In this document: positions 1 to 12,362 of the stretch, in pieces
Layout of the letters: the number at the start of each line of letters is the position of its first letter
How positions within the stretch are numbered: position 1 is the first letter of the stretch
Made by a program: the position numbers and the translations under genes
Notes under the pieces: generated by a model
What the model was told of the DNA's origin: nothing
Database searches by the model: none
Seen by the model: the letters and a program-made list of their open reading frames with translations, nothing else
Source: Rhodospirillales bacterium
Lineage (GTDB): Bacteria; Pseudomonadota; Alphaproteobacteria; Rhodospirillales; JAPHTL01
Assembly (NCBI GenBank): GCA_026193355.1
Contig: JAPHTL010000308.1
Span: 1 to 36,855 of the forward strand
Direction: 5' to 3'
DNA length: 36,855 bases

Positions 1-534
1 ACATCGATGGGTGGGTTGATCGGAATGATGATTGCGGCCCAACCGAACAGCCCCATACGCCGGCTTGTCCTCAACGATGTTGGCCCACTGATCCCGAAGG
101 CTTCGCTAGAACGGATCGGGACATATGTCGGCGCCACGCGTCATTTCGAAAGCGAGGACGATGCGGAGCGTTACCTGCGAGAGGTTCACGCACCGTTTGG
201 CGATCTGTCAAACGAGCAATGGCGGCATTTGGCCGCTCATAGTGTTCGCAGGGATGAAGGCGGCGGGCTCACGCTTCATTACGACCCAGCGATAGGGAAG
301 GCTTTCGAGGGAGAGATGCATGATGTCGATTTGTGGCACATCTGGCGAGAGATTGATTGTCCTGTAATGGTCATGCGCGGTGAGAATTCAGACCTTTTGC
401 TTGCCGATACCGTTGAGCAAATGATCAGTGAGAAACCGGATACGGTATATGCGGAGATTGCCAGAGCCGGCCATGCGCCGGCGCTGATGGCCGACGATCA
501 GGTCGATAGCATATGTAAATGGTTGAGAAATTAA
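1..534 (+). CDS. Alpha/beta-fold hydrolase (5'-truncated by the window edge)
   Basis: Frame 1 opens T-S-M-G-G, the tail of a GxSxG nucleophile elbow. It continues with LVLNDVGP, MRGENSD and a C-terminal GHAP catalytic His motif. Stop TAA ends at 534. Confidence 0.85.
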   Translation, partial: TSMGGLIGMMIAAQPNSPIRRLVLNDVGPLIPKASLERIGTYVGATRHFESEDDAERYLREVHAPFGDLSNEQWRHLAAHSVRRDEGGGLTLHYDPAIGKAFEGEMHDVDLWHIWREIDCPVMVMRGENSDLLLADTVEQMISEKPDTVYAEIARAGHAPALMADDQVDSICKWLRN

Positions 535-655
535 TCTTTGCGGGTTGAAGAAACAGGCCAGAATACTTACCGTATCATCAGCTTCGGTGTATTCTTGAAC
601 ACGCGGAGCGGACAGGGGTTCGCTCCCCATACGAAACGCCTGAGGAGGTGATGAA

Positions 656-1285
656 ATGAACCAGCTGGCAATGACTTCTTCGGCCACGGCCCTGGAGCTG
701 GCTCAAGGAGCCGGCACTGAAGACTTCGTCACCTTCATCATTAAGGATCAGCTTTTCGGCATTCCCGTGTTGAAGGTGCAGGATATTCTGGCTCCGGACC
801 GGATTGCGCGCATTCCTCTGGCTCCGCCCGAGGTTGCTGGCTCAATCAACCTGCGCGGACGCATCGTGACGGTTATCGACGTGCGGACCCGGCTTGGTCT
901 GGAAAGACGACAGGCGCCACCTGCGCTGGAGGCCCCGGTCAATGTCGATGCGGATGCCGAGGGTGAGGGCGAGGTCGAGGTCGAGGATATTCCGGCCGAA
1001 GCTCAGGACGAAAATGTCGAAGAAAATAACGCCGAAGGAATTGGAGGAAGGCTCAACAAGAACCAGCTTGGAATGGGCGTCACGGTCGAGCATAAATCCG
1101 ACCTCTACACCTTCCTCGTCGACAGTGTCGGTGAAGTACTGAACATGAAGGAGTCCGATTACGAGAAAACGCCCGGAACGCTCGATCCCTTGTGGCGCGA
1201 GTTTTCCTGCGGCGTTTATCGTCTTGATGGGCGTCTTATGGTCGTACTCGATGTGGAGAAGATGCTTACGCTTTCCTCGAACTGA
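656..1285 (+). CDS. cheW: Chemotaxis coupling protein CheW with a long acidic insertion
   Basis: FVTF..FGIPVLKVQDIL, IPLAPPEVAGSINLRGRIVTVID, LVDSVGEV and VVLDVEK are CheW motifs. Strong RBS GAGGAGG lies upstream. Confidence 0.9.
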   Translation: MNQLAMTSSATALELAQGAGTEDFVTFIIKDQLFGIPVLKVQDILAPDRIARIPLAPPEVAGSINLRGRIVTVIDVRTRLGLERRQAPPALEAPVNVDADAEGEGEVEVEDIPAEAQDENVEENNAEGIGGRLNKNQLGMGVTVEHKSDLYTFLVDSVGEVLNMKESDYEKTPGTLDPLWREFSCGVYRLDGRLMVVLDVEKMLTLSSN

Positions 1286-1297
1286 TTGATCCAATTC

Positions 1298-1338
1298 AAA
1301 AAAACCGCTGTTCCTTCTTAGGGGGACAGCGGTTTTTT
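1298..1338. terminator. Bidirectional intrinsic terminator between convergent cheW and hemB
   Basis: AAAAAAACCGCTGTTCCT...AGGGGGACAGCGGTTTTTT forms a hairpin flanked by A- and T-tracts. Confidence 0.85.
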
Positions 1339-1359
1339 CTTTTGGGATGAAGCCTTCTA

Positions 1360-2460
<1,101 letters not shown>

Positions 2461-2509
2461 TCATATTCCAGCGCTCTTTACGGATTTTTCCAAATAGGTT
2501 AGGTTGCTC

Positions 2510-2531
2510 TTGACGTTTACGTAAACGTCAA
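2510..2531. promoter_or_regulatory. Perfect 22-bp palindrome TTGACGTTTACGTAAACGTCAA; probable LiuR (MerR-family) operator upstream of icmF
   Basis: Exact inverted repeat read from the sequence, built from ACGTww units as in the LiuR consensus (TTTACGTwwACGTAAA-like). It begins with a -35-like TTGACG and ends 54 bp before the icmF ATG. Confidence 0.8.
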
Positions 2532-2585
2532 TTAAAGGCCGTATCTTTTCAGGTAACTGCAAAAAAAATCAACAGTGGGGTTGAG

Positions 2586-5500
2586 ATGCCGGACGGGGCT
2601 TCAAACAGCAAAGACACAAAAGCCAAGACTTACAAAACGAAAAACATTGTGCGTTTTGTGACGGCGACCAGTCTTTTTGATGGGCATGATGCCTCGATCA
2701 ACATCATGCGGCGCATACTCCAGTCATCCGGGACTGAAGTCATTCACCTTGGCCACAACAGATCGGTCGAGGACGTTGTGACGGCTGCATTGCAGGAAGA
2801 TGTCAGCGGCATAGCCCTGAGTTCCTATCAGGGCGGTCACGTCGAATACTTCCAGTATATGGTCGATCTGCTGCGCGAACGCGGTGGCGAATCCATCAGG
2901 GTTTTCGGCGGCGGCGGCGGCGTTATCGTTCAGGAAGAAATCGAGCAACTTCAGGCATACGGCGTGTCACGCATTTATTCGCCATCGGACGGGCAGCGCA
3001 TGGGCCTGCAAGGCATGATCAACGATATGGTCAAGCGCGCCGATTTCGATCTGACCGCCAATATTCCGACAGATACAAAGCTGCTTGCGAACGGAGACCA
3101 TCGCGTCCTTGCGCGCATTCTGACAGGTCTGGAAAACAACGCCTACAATGAGGCGCAACGCAAAGATATCCACGATCTGGCGAATGCCCATAAAGATGTA
3201 CCGGTTCTTGGGATAACAGGAACCGGTGGCGCAGGAAAATCGTCACTGACAGACGAGGTTATCCGGCGCTTCCGTCTTTATTCTGGTGAGCCGAAAATCG
3301 CCGTTCTGGCCATCGATCCGACTCGCCGCAAAAGCGGCGGCGCGCTGCTCGGCGATCGCATAAGGATGAACGCCATAGCTGCGCCCAATGTCTTTATGCG
3401 TTCGATTGCAACACGTAGCCACGGCACGGAGGTTCCACCATCGGTTCCCGATATGGTCGCGGCATGCAAGGCCGCTGGCTTCGATCTGGTTATTGTCGAA
3501 ACCCCCGGTATTGGTCAGGGCGACGCAGGAATTGTTCCCCTTGTCGATGTCTCGCTTTATGTGATGACGCCTGAATTCGGCGCCGCCAGCCAGCTTGAAA
3601 AGATCGACATGCTGGACTTCGCCGACATTGTCGCCATCAACAAATTCGATCGCAAAGGGGCCATGGACGCCCTCCGTGACGTTTCCAAGCAGATGCAGCG
3701 AAACCGCGAGGCGTTTGATACATCGCCCGATCAAATGCCTGTATTCGGTACGATTGCGGCGCGATTCAACGATCCCGGCGTGACTGCCCTTCACGCAAAC
3801 CTTCTCGATCAATTTAACCAGCGCGGTCTGGGCAAATGGCAGACTGCCACCGCAACCATATCCACCCGCCATTCGGAACCGGGCGCGGGGATCGTGCCTG
3901 CAACCCGTGTGCGCTATCTGGCCGAAATCGCCGATACCGTTCGCGGCTACCATCAGGACATTGAAAAACAGGTCGCTATCGCCCGTGACCATCAACACCT
4001 TCGCGAAGCGGGCAAAATGCTTGCTGATTCCGGGAAGTCGAATGCAGAACTGGACGAGCTTGCGGCAAAAAAGGCGGAAACGCTTGATCCGCGAGCGAGG
4101 AAGCTCCTCGAAATATGGCCGCAGGTCAAAGAAAGCTATTCGGGTGACGAGTACGTGGTTCGCATCCGTGATCGCGAGATCAGGACTGCCCTGACACACA
4201 CGACCCTGTCGGGTACGAAAATCCCGAAGGTCTGTTTGCCGCGATACGAAGATGATGGCGAAATACTGAAGTGGCTTCTCAAGGAAAACGTCCCGGGCAG
4301 CTTCCCCTATACAGCGGGTGTTTTTGCCTTCAAACGTGAAGGCGAGGATCCCACACGCATGTTTGCGGGGGAAGGGGATGCATTCCGGACAAACCGCCGA
4401 TTCCGGATGTTATCGGAAGGCATGCCGGCAAAGCGCCTGTCCACGGCGTTCGATTCCGTCACGCTGTATGGATACGACCCAGCCGAGCGCCCTGATATTT
4501 ACGGAAAGATCGGCAATGCCGGTGTTTCCATCGCGACGCTGGAGGATATGAAGGTTCTCTATTCAGGGTTCGATCTTTGCAACCCGTCCACATCCGTTTC
4601 CATGACAATAAACGGTCCTGCGCCGACGATTCTGGCGATGTTCATGAACACCGCCATCGACCAACAGGTTGACAAATTCAAGGATGAAAACGGCAGGCAG
4701 CCGACCGATGAAGAAATAGAGAAAATCTCCGAATGGGTTTTCGAAAATGTTCGCGGCACAGTTCAGGCCGACATTCTGAAAGAGGACCAGGGACAAAACA
4801 CCTGCATTTTCTCGACCGAATTCGCCCTGCGGATGATGGCGGACATTCAGGCGTTTTTCGTGCAACACCGGGTGCGTAATTTCTATTCCGTTTCAATCTC
4901 CGGCTATCACATAGCCGAAGCGGGTGCGAACCCGATCTCACAGTTGGCCCTGACACTTTCCAATGGTTTCACCTACGTTGAAACCTACCTTGCGCGTGGG
5001 ATGCACATTGATGACTTTGCGCCCAACCTGTCCTTCTTCTTCTCAAACGGAATGGATCCCGAATATTCGGTGATGGGACGGGTCGCCCGCCGGATATGGG
5101 CGACGACAATGCGCTTCAAATATGGCGCGAACGAACGCTCACAGAAGCTCAAGTACCACACGCAAACCTCTGGCCGCTCCCTGCATGCGCAGGAAATGGC
5201 ATTCAACGATATCCGGACAACCCTTCAGGCGTTGATCGCAACCTACGACAACACGAACAGCCTGCACACCAACGCCTATGACGAAGCGGTAACGACGCCC
5301 ACAGATGAATCCGTGCGTCGCGCGTTGGCCATTCAGTTGGTGATCAACAGGGAATGGGGGCTGGCGAAGAATGAAAATCCTAATCAGGGCGCTTTCATCA
5401 TCGATGAACTGACAGATCTTGTCGAAGAAGCCGTTTTGAAGGAGTTTGAGCGGATTTCCGAACGGGGCGGTGTACTCGGCGCCATGGAAACGGGCTACCA

Positions 5501-5852
5501 GCGTGGCAAGATCCAGGACGAATCCCTTTATTACGAACACCGCAAGCACGACGGCAGTTATCCGATCGTCGGCGTCAATACATTCCTCAATCCCGATGGT
5601 CCGGAGAACATTCCGACACCGGATCTGGCGCGATCAACAGAGGACGAGAAAAAGAGCCAAATTCAGCGGCTTGCGGATTTCCAGAAGACCAATAGCCGTG
5701 AGGCTGAGGCCATGCTGGAACGCCTGAAATCAGCGGCAACGAATGATGAAAATGTATTCGCGGTGCTGATGGAGGCCGTCAGGCTATGTTCACTAGGGCA
5801 GATCACCGATGCGTTGTTCAGTGTCGGGGGGCAATACAGACGAAACATGTAG
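2586..5852 (+). CDS. icmF: Fused isobutyryl-CoA mutase / MeaI-type GTPase chaperone (AdoCbl-dependent)
   Basis: N-terminal B12-binding domain (DGHDAS, SSYQGGH), P-loop [17 protein letters not shown] and NKFD. The mutase barrel has [31 protein letters not shown] and [10 protein letters not shown]. Length 1088 aa, ending GGQYRRNM. Confidence 0.96.
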   Translation: MPDGASNSKDTKAKTYKTKNIVRFVTATSLFDGHDASINIMRRILQSSGTEVIHLGHNRSVEDVVTAALQEDVSGIALSSYQGGHVEYFQYMVDLLRERGGESIRVFGGGGGVIVQEEIEQLQAYGVSRIYSPSDGQRMGLQGMINDMVKRADFDLTANIPTDTKLLANGDHRVLARILTGLENNAYNEAQRKDIHDLANAHKDVPVLGITGTGGAGKSSLTDEVIRRFRLYSGEPKIAVLAIDPTRRKSGGALLGDRIRMNAIAAPNVFMRSIATRSHGTEVPPSVPDMVAACKAAGFDLVIVETPGIGQGDAGIVPLVDVSLYVMTPEFGAASQLEKIDMLDFADIVAINKFDRKGAMDALRDVSKQMQRNREAFDTSPDQMPVFGTIAARFNDPGVTALHANLLDQFNQRGLGKWQTATATISTRHSEPGAGIVPATRVRYLAEIADTVRGYHQDIEKQVAIARDHQHLREAGKMLADSGKSNAELDELAAKKAETLDPRARKLLEIWPQVKESYSGDEYVVRIRDREIRTALTHTTLSGTKIPKVCLPRYEDDGEILKWLLKENVPGSFPYTAGVFAFKREGEDPTRMFAGEGDAFRTNRRFRMLSEGMPAKRLSTAFDSVTLYGYDPAERPDIYGKIGNAGVSIATLEDMKVLYSGFDLCNPSTSVSMTINGPAPTILAMFMNTAIDQQVDKFKDENGRQPTDEEIEKISEWVFENVRGTVQADILKEDQGQNTCIFSTEFALRMMADIQAFFVQHRVRNFYSVSISGYHIAEAGANPISQLALTLSNGFTYVETYLARGMHIDDFAPNLSFFFSNGMDPEYSVMGRVARRIWATTMRFKYGANERSQKLKYHTQTSGRSLHAQEMAFNDIRTTLQALIATYDNTNSLHTNAYDEAVTTPTDESVRRALAIQLVINREWGLAKNENPNQGAFIIDELTDLVEEAVLKEFERISERGGVLGAMETGYQRGKIQDESLYYEHRKHDGSYPIVGVNTFLNPDGPENIPTPDLARSTEDEKKSQIQRLADFQKTNSREAEAMLERLKSAATNDENVFAVLMEAVRLCSLGQITDALFSVGGQYRRNM

Positions 5853-5942
5853 GCGCGCCAGGCAACCTCAACCTTGTTGAAGTGGTGAACAAATACGGCC
5901 ATTTTATCGTAAGTTGTGGTGCTCTACCTTCAGGGGGAAGTC

Positions 5943-6149
5943 TTGGCTGATCGTATCGTTCTCGACGAAGTGATCTTCGAGTTCGTAATCGTGAACAACG
6001 CCTTTCGCGTAAATGCCATTGATCCCCGCAGCGGGACCGAAGTAACGGTCATTGGCCGCCCGACGGAACGCGAAGCGCTCAAGCGTGTCGCCAAACGCAA
6101 GCTTGAGTATGTCCTGACCAAGCGTCGTGACAGTGAAATTTCCCGATAA
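5943..6149 (+). CDS. Small conserved hypothetical protein (DUF6898-like)
   Basis: EVIFEF..VNAIDPRSGTEVTVIG...A.RKLEYVL resembles a small alphaproteobacterial family. The TTG start follows a GGGGGA RBS; the ORF is open from 5916. Confidence 0.65.
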   Translation: MADRIVLDEVIFEFVIVNNAFRVNAIDPRSGTEVTVIGRPTEREALKRVAKRKLEYVLTKRRDSEISR

Positions 6150-6322
6150 CACACAAATCACCGCAATGTGATTGCATTGCTGTAAAGTGCGAGCTGTACA
6201 AGCATGGTGCGATGCCGTAATTCTCGCACGGGCCGGTTTCGATGGTTTCGGCAGCATTTTTTGGGGGAAAAATGGCAGGTGGGCTTTCGCTAGGGAGTCT
6301 GAAAATCCTGCGCTAGGGATCC

Positions 6323-7237
6323 ATGGAATATTTTATCCAGCAACTGATCAACGGGCTTACACTCGGCGCTATCTACGGGTTGATCGCCATTGGTTACACG
6401 ATGGTCTACGGGATCATCGGGATGATCAATTTCGCACATGGCGAAATCTACATGATCGGCGCCTTTGTTTCGTTTATCGCATTTCTCGTCCTTGGCGCCG
6501 TCGGTATCACCTATATCCCCCTGGCGCTTCTCGTCGTTTTGCTTCTGGCCATGGTTTTTTCCGCCATTTACGGTTGGTCGGTTGAACGGATCGCCTATCG
6601 GCCACTGAGGGGTGCGCCAAGGCTTTCGCCTCTGATTTCCGCCATTGGCATGTCGATCTTCCTGCAAAACTACGTGCAAATCCTGCAAGGTGCGCGGGTG
6701 AAGGCCATGCAACCGTTGATTTCTGGTGGATTCACCCTGATGGAGCACGACGGGTTCACCGTCACCATCAGCTACCTTCAGATTTTCATCATCGTCCTGA
6801 CCATCGTGTTGATGGCCGTTTTCGCGACGGTTATCGGAAAAACGGCATTGGGAAGGGCGCAACGCGCCTGCGAGCAGGACCGCGTTATGGCGTCACTGGT
6901 CGGCGTCAATGTGGATCGAACGATTTCCCTGACCTTCGTCATGGGCGCATCATTGGCTGCCGTGGCGGGCCTTATGGTAACGATCTACTACGGAGTGATC
7001 GATTTCTATATCGGCTTTCTTGCGGGCATCAAGGCGTTCACGGCCGCCGTTCTCGGTGGCATTGGCTCAATGCCGGGGGCAATGCTGGGCGGTCTTTTGA
7101 TCGGCCTTGTCGAAGCCTTCTGGTCGGCGTATTTCAGTATTGAATACAAGGATGTGGCCGTTTTCTCGATCCTCGTTCTTGTGCTTATTTTCCGTCCGAC
7201 AGGCATTCTCGGCAAACCTGAAGTGGACAAGGTCTGA
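6323..7237 (+). CDS. livH: Branched-chain amino acid ABC transporter permease LivH
   Basis: QQLINGLTLGAIYGLIAIGYTMVYGIIGMINFAHG and KAFTAAVLGGIGS. Confidence 0.96.
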   Translation: MEYFIQQLINGLTLGAIYGLIAIGYTMVYGIIGMINFAHGEIYMIGAFVSFIAFLVLGAVGITYIPLALLVVLLLAMVFSAIYGWSVERIAYRPLRGAPRLSPLISAIGMSIFLQNYVQILQGARVKAMQPLISGGFTLMEHDGFTVTISYLQIFIIVLTIVLMAVFATVIGKTALGRAQRACEQDRVMASLVGVNVDRTISLTFVMGASLAAVAGLMVTIYYGVIDFYIGFLAGIKAFTAAVLGGIGSMPGAMLGGLLIGLVEAFWSAYFSIEYKDVAVFSILVLVLIFRPTGILGKPEVDKV

Positions 7238-8552
7238 TGTCGGAAGCACAGCAGTCCATCAGGACGGAAACGTTCAATATCCCCGCTGCGCTCAAGGACG
7301 CTTTCCTGACAGCGTTCGTGATGGGGGCCCTGGCCCTTCCGCTCGCCGGTTTCAGGATAGGCGAGCAGGGGGGCGCTTTTTTCGCCGAACAGCGGATGGA
7401 TTGGGTTCTTATCGCCGTTGTCGCAGGATTCATCGGGCGCTTTTTCCTCTCGCTTGCCCGCGTTTCCCTTGCTCCAAGAATTGCGCCCCCCGCCGGCGCG
7501 TTCTTCGGCGGTATCGGATCATGGCTGCATACGAACATGGTCCTGATGTCGGGGCTTGCGATCATCGCAGCCGTTATTCTGCCTTTTCTGCCGTTTACGG
7601 ACCGCCTGATACTGGATCGCGCAATTTACATGCTGATCTATGTCATGCTCGGCTGGGGCCTTAATATCGTTGTCGGATTGGCCGGCCTTCTGGATCTTGG
7701 CTATGTGGCGTTTTATGCCGTCGGCGCATACTCCTACGCGCTTCTATCGACCCATTTTGAGCTTTCCTTCTGGATATGCCTGCCGTTGGCAGGGCTTTTC
7801 GCCGCCGGCTTTGGCGTCATCCTCGGTTTCCCGGTTCTGCGCCTCAGGGGGGATTACCTCGCCATCGTTACACTGGGTTTCGGGGAAATCATCAGGGTCA
7901 TATTGTTAAACTGGTACACCGTGACAAACGGGCCGGACGGCATTTCAGGGATCGCGCGACCGTCCCTTTTCGGGCTGATGGAATTCACGCGCAATCCCAA
8001 GGAGGGCGTTGTCGCCTTCCATGAATTCTTCAATATCCCGTTTTCCGGTGAGCACAGGATGGTCTTCCTTTACTTCCTGATCCTTGCCCTGGCCCTGATC
8101 ACAAATTTCTTCACCCTTCGAATGCGCAAGCTGCCGGTTGGACGTGCTTGGGAAGCGCTCAGGGAAGACGAAATCGCCTGCCGCTCACTCGGCATCAATC
8201 CGACGAACGTAAAGCTCTCTGCGTTCGCCATCGGAGCGATGTTTGCGGGGTTCGCGGGATCGTTCTTCGCCACGCGACAGGGGTTTGTCAGCCCGGAAAG
8301 CTTCACATTCATCGAATCGGCGATCATTCTTGCCATTGTCGTTCTCGGCGGAATGGGCAGTCAGATCGGTGTGGTGATCGCATCCTTTGTCCTTGTTCTG
8401 GGGCCGGAGTTCATCCGTGAGCTTCAGGAGTACAGAATGCTGGCCTTTGGCGGACTCATGGTCCTGATCATGATGTGGCGTCCAAGGGGATTGCTGGCCT
8501 ACAGGGATCCGACAATCCGTCTCTGGCCGGTCAAATCGAAAGGGGCGCGAAA

Positions 8553-8556
<4 letters not shown>
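7237..8556 (+). CDS. livM: Branched-chain amino acid ABC transporter permease LivM
   Basis: GLNIVVGLAGLLDLGYVAFYAVGAY, LRLRGDYLAIVTLGFGE and GRAWEALREDE. TGATG overlap with livH. Confidence 0.96.
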
Positions 8557-9440
<884 letters not shown>

Positions 9441-9441
9441 G

Positions 9442-10152
9442 ATGCTTTCAGTATCAGGCGTCCATACTTACTACGGCCAGGTCCAGGCATTGCGCGGCGT
9501 TGATATTGAGGTCAAGCAAGGCGAAATCGTCACCCTCATCGGCGCCAATGGCGCCGGAAAATCAACCCTGCTGATGACCATCAGCGGGGCGCCGCACCCC
9601 CAACAGGGGCGTGTTACCTTCGATGGACAGGATATTACCGACCTGCCACCGCATGAAATTGTTCGATTGGGAATCGCCCAGTCGCCCGAGGGGCGGCGGA
9701 TTTTTCCGCGCATGTCGGTTTACGAAAACCTTCAGATGGGCTCTGTTCCCAGCCGCTCCGACCATTTTGATGAAGCGCTGGAGCAGGCCTACGAGCTATT
9801 CCCGATCTTGAAGGAACGGCAAGACCAAAGGGCGGGAACCCTTTCAGGCGGTGAGCAACAGATGCTCGCCATTGCGCGCGCACTGATGAGCAAGCCAAGG
9901 CTGTTGCTTCTGGATGAACCGTCTCTGGGTCTTGCCCCGCTCGTCGTTCGCCAGATTTTCAATGTCATCAAGGAAATCAATGAACGTGATGGCATGACGG
10001 TGTTCCTTGTTGAACAAAACGCCTATCACGCCCTGAAACTCGCCCATCGCGGCTATGTGATGGTGACGGGAAACATCTCGATGAGCGGTACCGGGAAAGA
10101 ACTTCTCGATAACCCGGAAATCCGCGCGGCCTACCTTGAAGGGGGGCACTAG
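9442..10152 (+). CDS. livF: Branched-chain amino acid ABC transporter ATPase LivF
   Basis: GANGAGKST, PEGRRIF, LSGGEQQMLA, LDEPSLGLAP and VEQNA. Confidence 0.96.
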   Translation: MLSVSGVHTYYGQVQALRGVDIEVKQGEIVTLIGANGAGKSTLLMTISGAPHPQQGRVTFDGQDITDLPPHEIVRLGIAQSPEGRRIFPRMSVYENLQMGSVPSRSDHFDEALEQAYELFPILKERQDQRAGTLSGGEQQMLAIARALMSKPRLLLLDEPSLGLAPLVVRQIFNVIKEINERDGMTVFLVEQNAYHALKLAHRGYVMVTGNISMSGTGKELLDNPEIRAAYLEGGH

Positions 10153-10153
10153 A

Positions 10154-10510
10154 ATGGAAACGCTGCTTGGGACAACATGGCCCGTAACCGTTGGGGTTAC
10201 GTTCATCCTCATGGGGTGGTGTGCGTACATGACGGGAAAGGCGATCGCCGGAACATGGCGGTCACCATGGCAGGTTGTCGTCTATTGCACACTGTTGGGT
10301 CTGATGGATCGTTTCCTGATCTACGCCCTTTTCGAAGGCGCACTTCTTTCTCTGACCGGCTACATCATCGATACAGCCATTTTGATCGCATTCGGTTTGA
10401 TTTCTTTCCGGGCAACCCAAGCCCGTAAAATGGCCGACCAGTATCCATGGATATATGAACGGTCCGGCCTTTTCGGATGGCGCACGAAATCAGGAACTGC
10501 GCCGCAATAA
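10154..10510 (+). CDS. Small membrane protein inside the liv operon (DUF6867-like)
   Basis: 118 aa with about 3 hydrophobic segments. Motifs G.AIA.TWR, RFL.YALF.G.L and M..QYPWIYER.G.F.W. Starts 1 bp after the livF stop. Confidence 0.8.
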   Translation: METLLGTTWPVTVGVTFILMGWCAYMTGKAIAGTWRSPWQVVVYCTLLGLMDRFLIYALFEGALLSLTGYIIDTAILIAFGLISFRATQARKMADQYPWIYERSGLFGWRTKSGTAPQ

Positions 10511-10561
10511 TGAGCAGGTGAGTATCAACGTTTTGTTTTTGTGACAGGGAGATCATCGATC

Positions 10562-11662
10562 ATGAAATTGTCAAAATTACCTCTGGTTGCCGCCGCCGTT
10601 CTGGTGATGGGCGCCACAACCGCCAAGGCGGAAATCATTATCGCCACAGCCGGTCCCATGACCGGCCAGTATGCCGCCTTCGGTGAACAGATGAAGCGCG
10701 GCGCAGAGATGGCCGTAGCCGATATCAACGCTTCCGGTGGTGTGCTGGGGCAACAATTGAAGCTGCTTGTCGGCGATGATGCATGCGATCCGAAGCAGGC
10801 GGTCGCCGTCGCCAACGAAATGGCCAACAAGAAGGTCGTCTTCATGGCCGGTCATTTCTGTTCGGGTTCTTCGATCCCGGCGTCTGAAGTTTACGCCGAG
10901 GAAGGAATCGTCCAGATTTCCCCGGCCTCGACCAATCCGCAGCTTACGGAACGTGGCATGGACAACGTTTTCCGCACTTGCGGCCGTGACGATCAGCAAG
11001 GCCAGGTTGCCGGTGAATATCTTGCAAAGAACTTCAAGGGCAAGAATATCGCCATCATCCATGACAAGACAGCCTACGGTAAGGGGCTGGCCGATCAGAC
11101 CAAGGAAAACCTCAACAAGGCAGGCATGACCGAGGTGATGTACGAAGCGATCACGGCCGGTGAAAAGGATTATTCGGCGCTTGTCAGCAAGATGAAGGAC
11201 AGCAAGGTCGACGTTATCTACCTTGGCGGCTATCACACCGAAGCGGGCCTGATCGTTCGTCAGGCGCGTCAGCAGGGCCTCATGGCGAAGCTGGTTTCGG
11301 GCGACGCCCTGGTGACCCAGGAATACTGGTCAATCACCGGCGATTCCGGTGAAGGCACCCTGATGACCTTCAGCCCGGATCCGGCGAAGGATCCGAAGAA
11401 CAAGGCCATCGTCGAAAAGTTCGTGGCCATCAACTACAAGCCGGAAGGCTACACGCTTTACACCTACGGCGCGATCCAGGCTTGGGCCCAGGCGGTTACG
11501 AAGGCCGGCGGCACCGACACCGCAAAGGTCATCGCATCGCTGAAGAGCGGGCAGTTCGACACCGTTCTCGGTTCCATCGGATTTGATGGCAAGGGCGATG
11601 TTTCCGCCCCCGGTTACGTCTTCTACGAATGGAAAAAAGGCGCCTACGATTACGCTCATTGA
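10562..11662 (+). CDS. livK: Branched-chain amino acid ABC transporter periplasmic binding protein (LivJ/LivK family)
   Basis: Signal peptide ending AKA-E, then GPMTG, DDACDPKQAVAVAN, GHFCSGSS, HDKTAYGKG and YLGGYH. Confidence 0.93.
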   Translation: MKLSKLPLVAAAVLVMGATTAKAEIIIATAGPMTGQYAAFGEQMKRGAEMAVADINASGGVLGQQLKLLVGDDACDPKQAVAVANEMANKKVVFMAGHFCSGSSIPASEVYAEEGIVQISPASTNPQLTERGMDNVFRTCGRDDQQGQVAGEYLAKNFKGKNIAIIHDKTAYGKGLADQTKENLNKAGMTEVMYEAITAGEKDYSALVSKMKDSKVDVIYLGGYHTEAGLIVRQARQQGLMAKLVSGDALVTQEYWSITGDSGEGTLMTFSPDPAKDPKNKAIVEKFVAINYKPEGYTLYTYGAIQAWAQAVTKAGGTDTAKVIASLKSGQFDTVLGSIGFDGKGDVSAPGYVFYEWKKGAYDYAH

Positions 11663-11688
11663 TCGGCGTATATGGCCAGCGACAAGGG

Positions 11689-11724
11689 AAGGGCCCGGCG
11701 AGTTTCTCGCCGGGCCTTTTCTTT
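11689..11724 (+). terminator. Intrinsic terminator after livK
   Basis: GGGCCCGGCGAG-TTT-CTCGCCGGGCCT followed by TTTCTTT. Confidence 0.85.
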
Positions 11725-11857
11725 GATCGTTCAAATGTCAATTACTGTGTTCAATCTGGCAAAAAATCCGCGATACCTTGTGGCGGACTAGCGGCAAGAA
11801 TCGAGATGTGGTATTCAACCATTTCACTGTTGTTGACCATTTTTCATAGATGCCATC

Positions 11858-12301
11858 ATGACTTCAAAAGCAATCGCCATCGCCTGTGATCACGGCGGCT
11901 ACGACATGAAGGTCGAACTGATCGCCGACCTCCAATCCATGGGATTGGAAGTTCTCGATCTTGGCCCCGATGGCCGTGATTCCGTTGATTATCCCGATTA
12001 CGCCTATGCGCTGGCGGATGCGATCAGAAGCGGCAAGGCGGATCGCGGTATCCTTATATGTGGATCGGGTATCGGCATCAGCATCGCCGCCAACAGGTAT
12101 ACGGAGATCCGGGCGGCTTTGGTGCATGATGCGCTTGGCGCCAGGTTGTGCCGTGAACACAACGACGCCAACGTCATTGTTTTTGGCGGCAGAATGACAG
12201 GAATCGAAGTTGCGCGCGATTGCCTGAAAATTTTTCTGAATACCGACTTTGAAGGTGGGAGACATGCGCGCAGGGTCGCGAAGCTCTCCACACCGTCCTG
12301 A
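11858..12301 (+). CDS. rpiB: Ribose-5-phosphate isomerase B
   Basis: DHGG, SVDYPDYA, CGSGIG, HNDANV and FEGGRH. Confidence 0.96.
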   Translation: MTSKAIAIACDHGGYDMKVELIADLQSMGLEVLDLGPDGRDSVDYPDYAYALADAIRSGKADRGILICGSGIGISIAANRYTEIRAALVHDALGARLCREHNDANVIVFGGRMTGIEVARDCLKIFLNTDFEGGRHARRVAKLSTPS

Positions 12302-12362
12302 ATAACATTGTCGTTTTATCCAATGGCGGTTGTCACCGCCCAGCCGAACTGAGAAGGATGTC

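Noticed and set aside
6150-6322. Sigma54 promoter or NtrC site upstream of livH
   Set aside because: TGGCAG is not followed by GC at the -12 spacing. TGTAC-N7-GTGCG is only a weak NtrC match without an AT-rich core.
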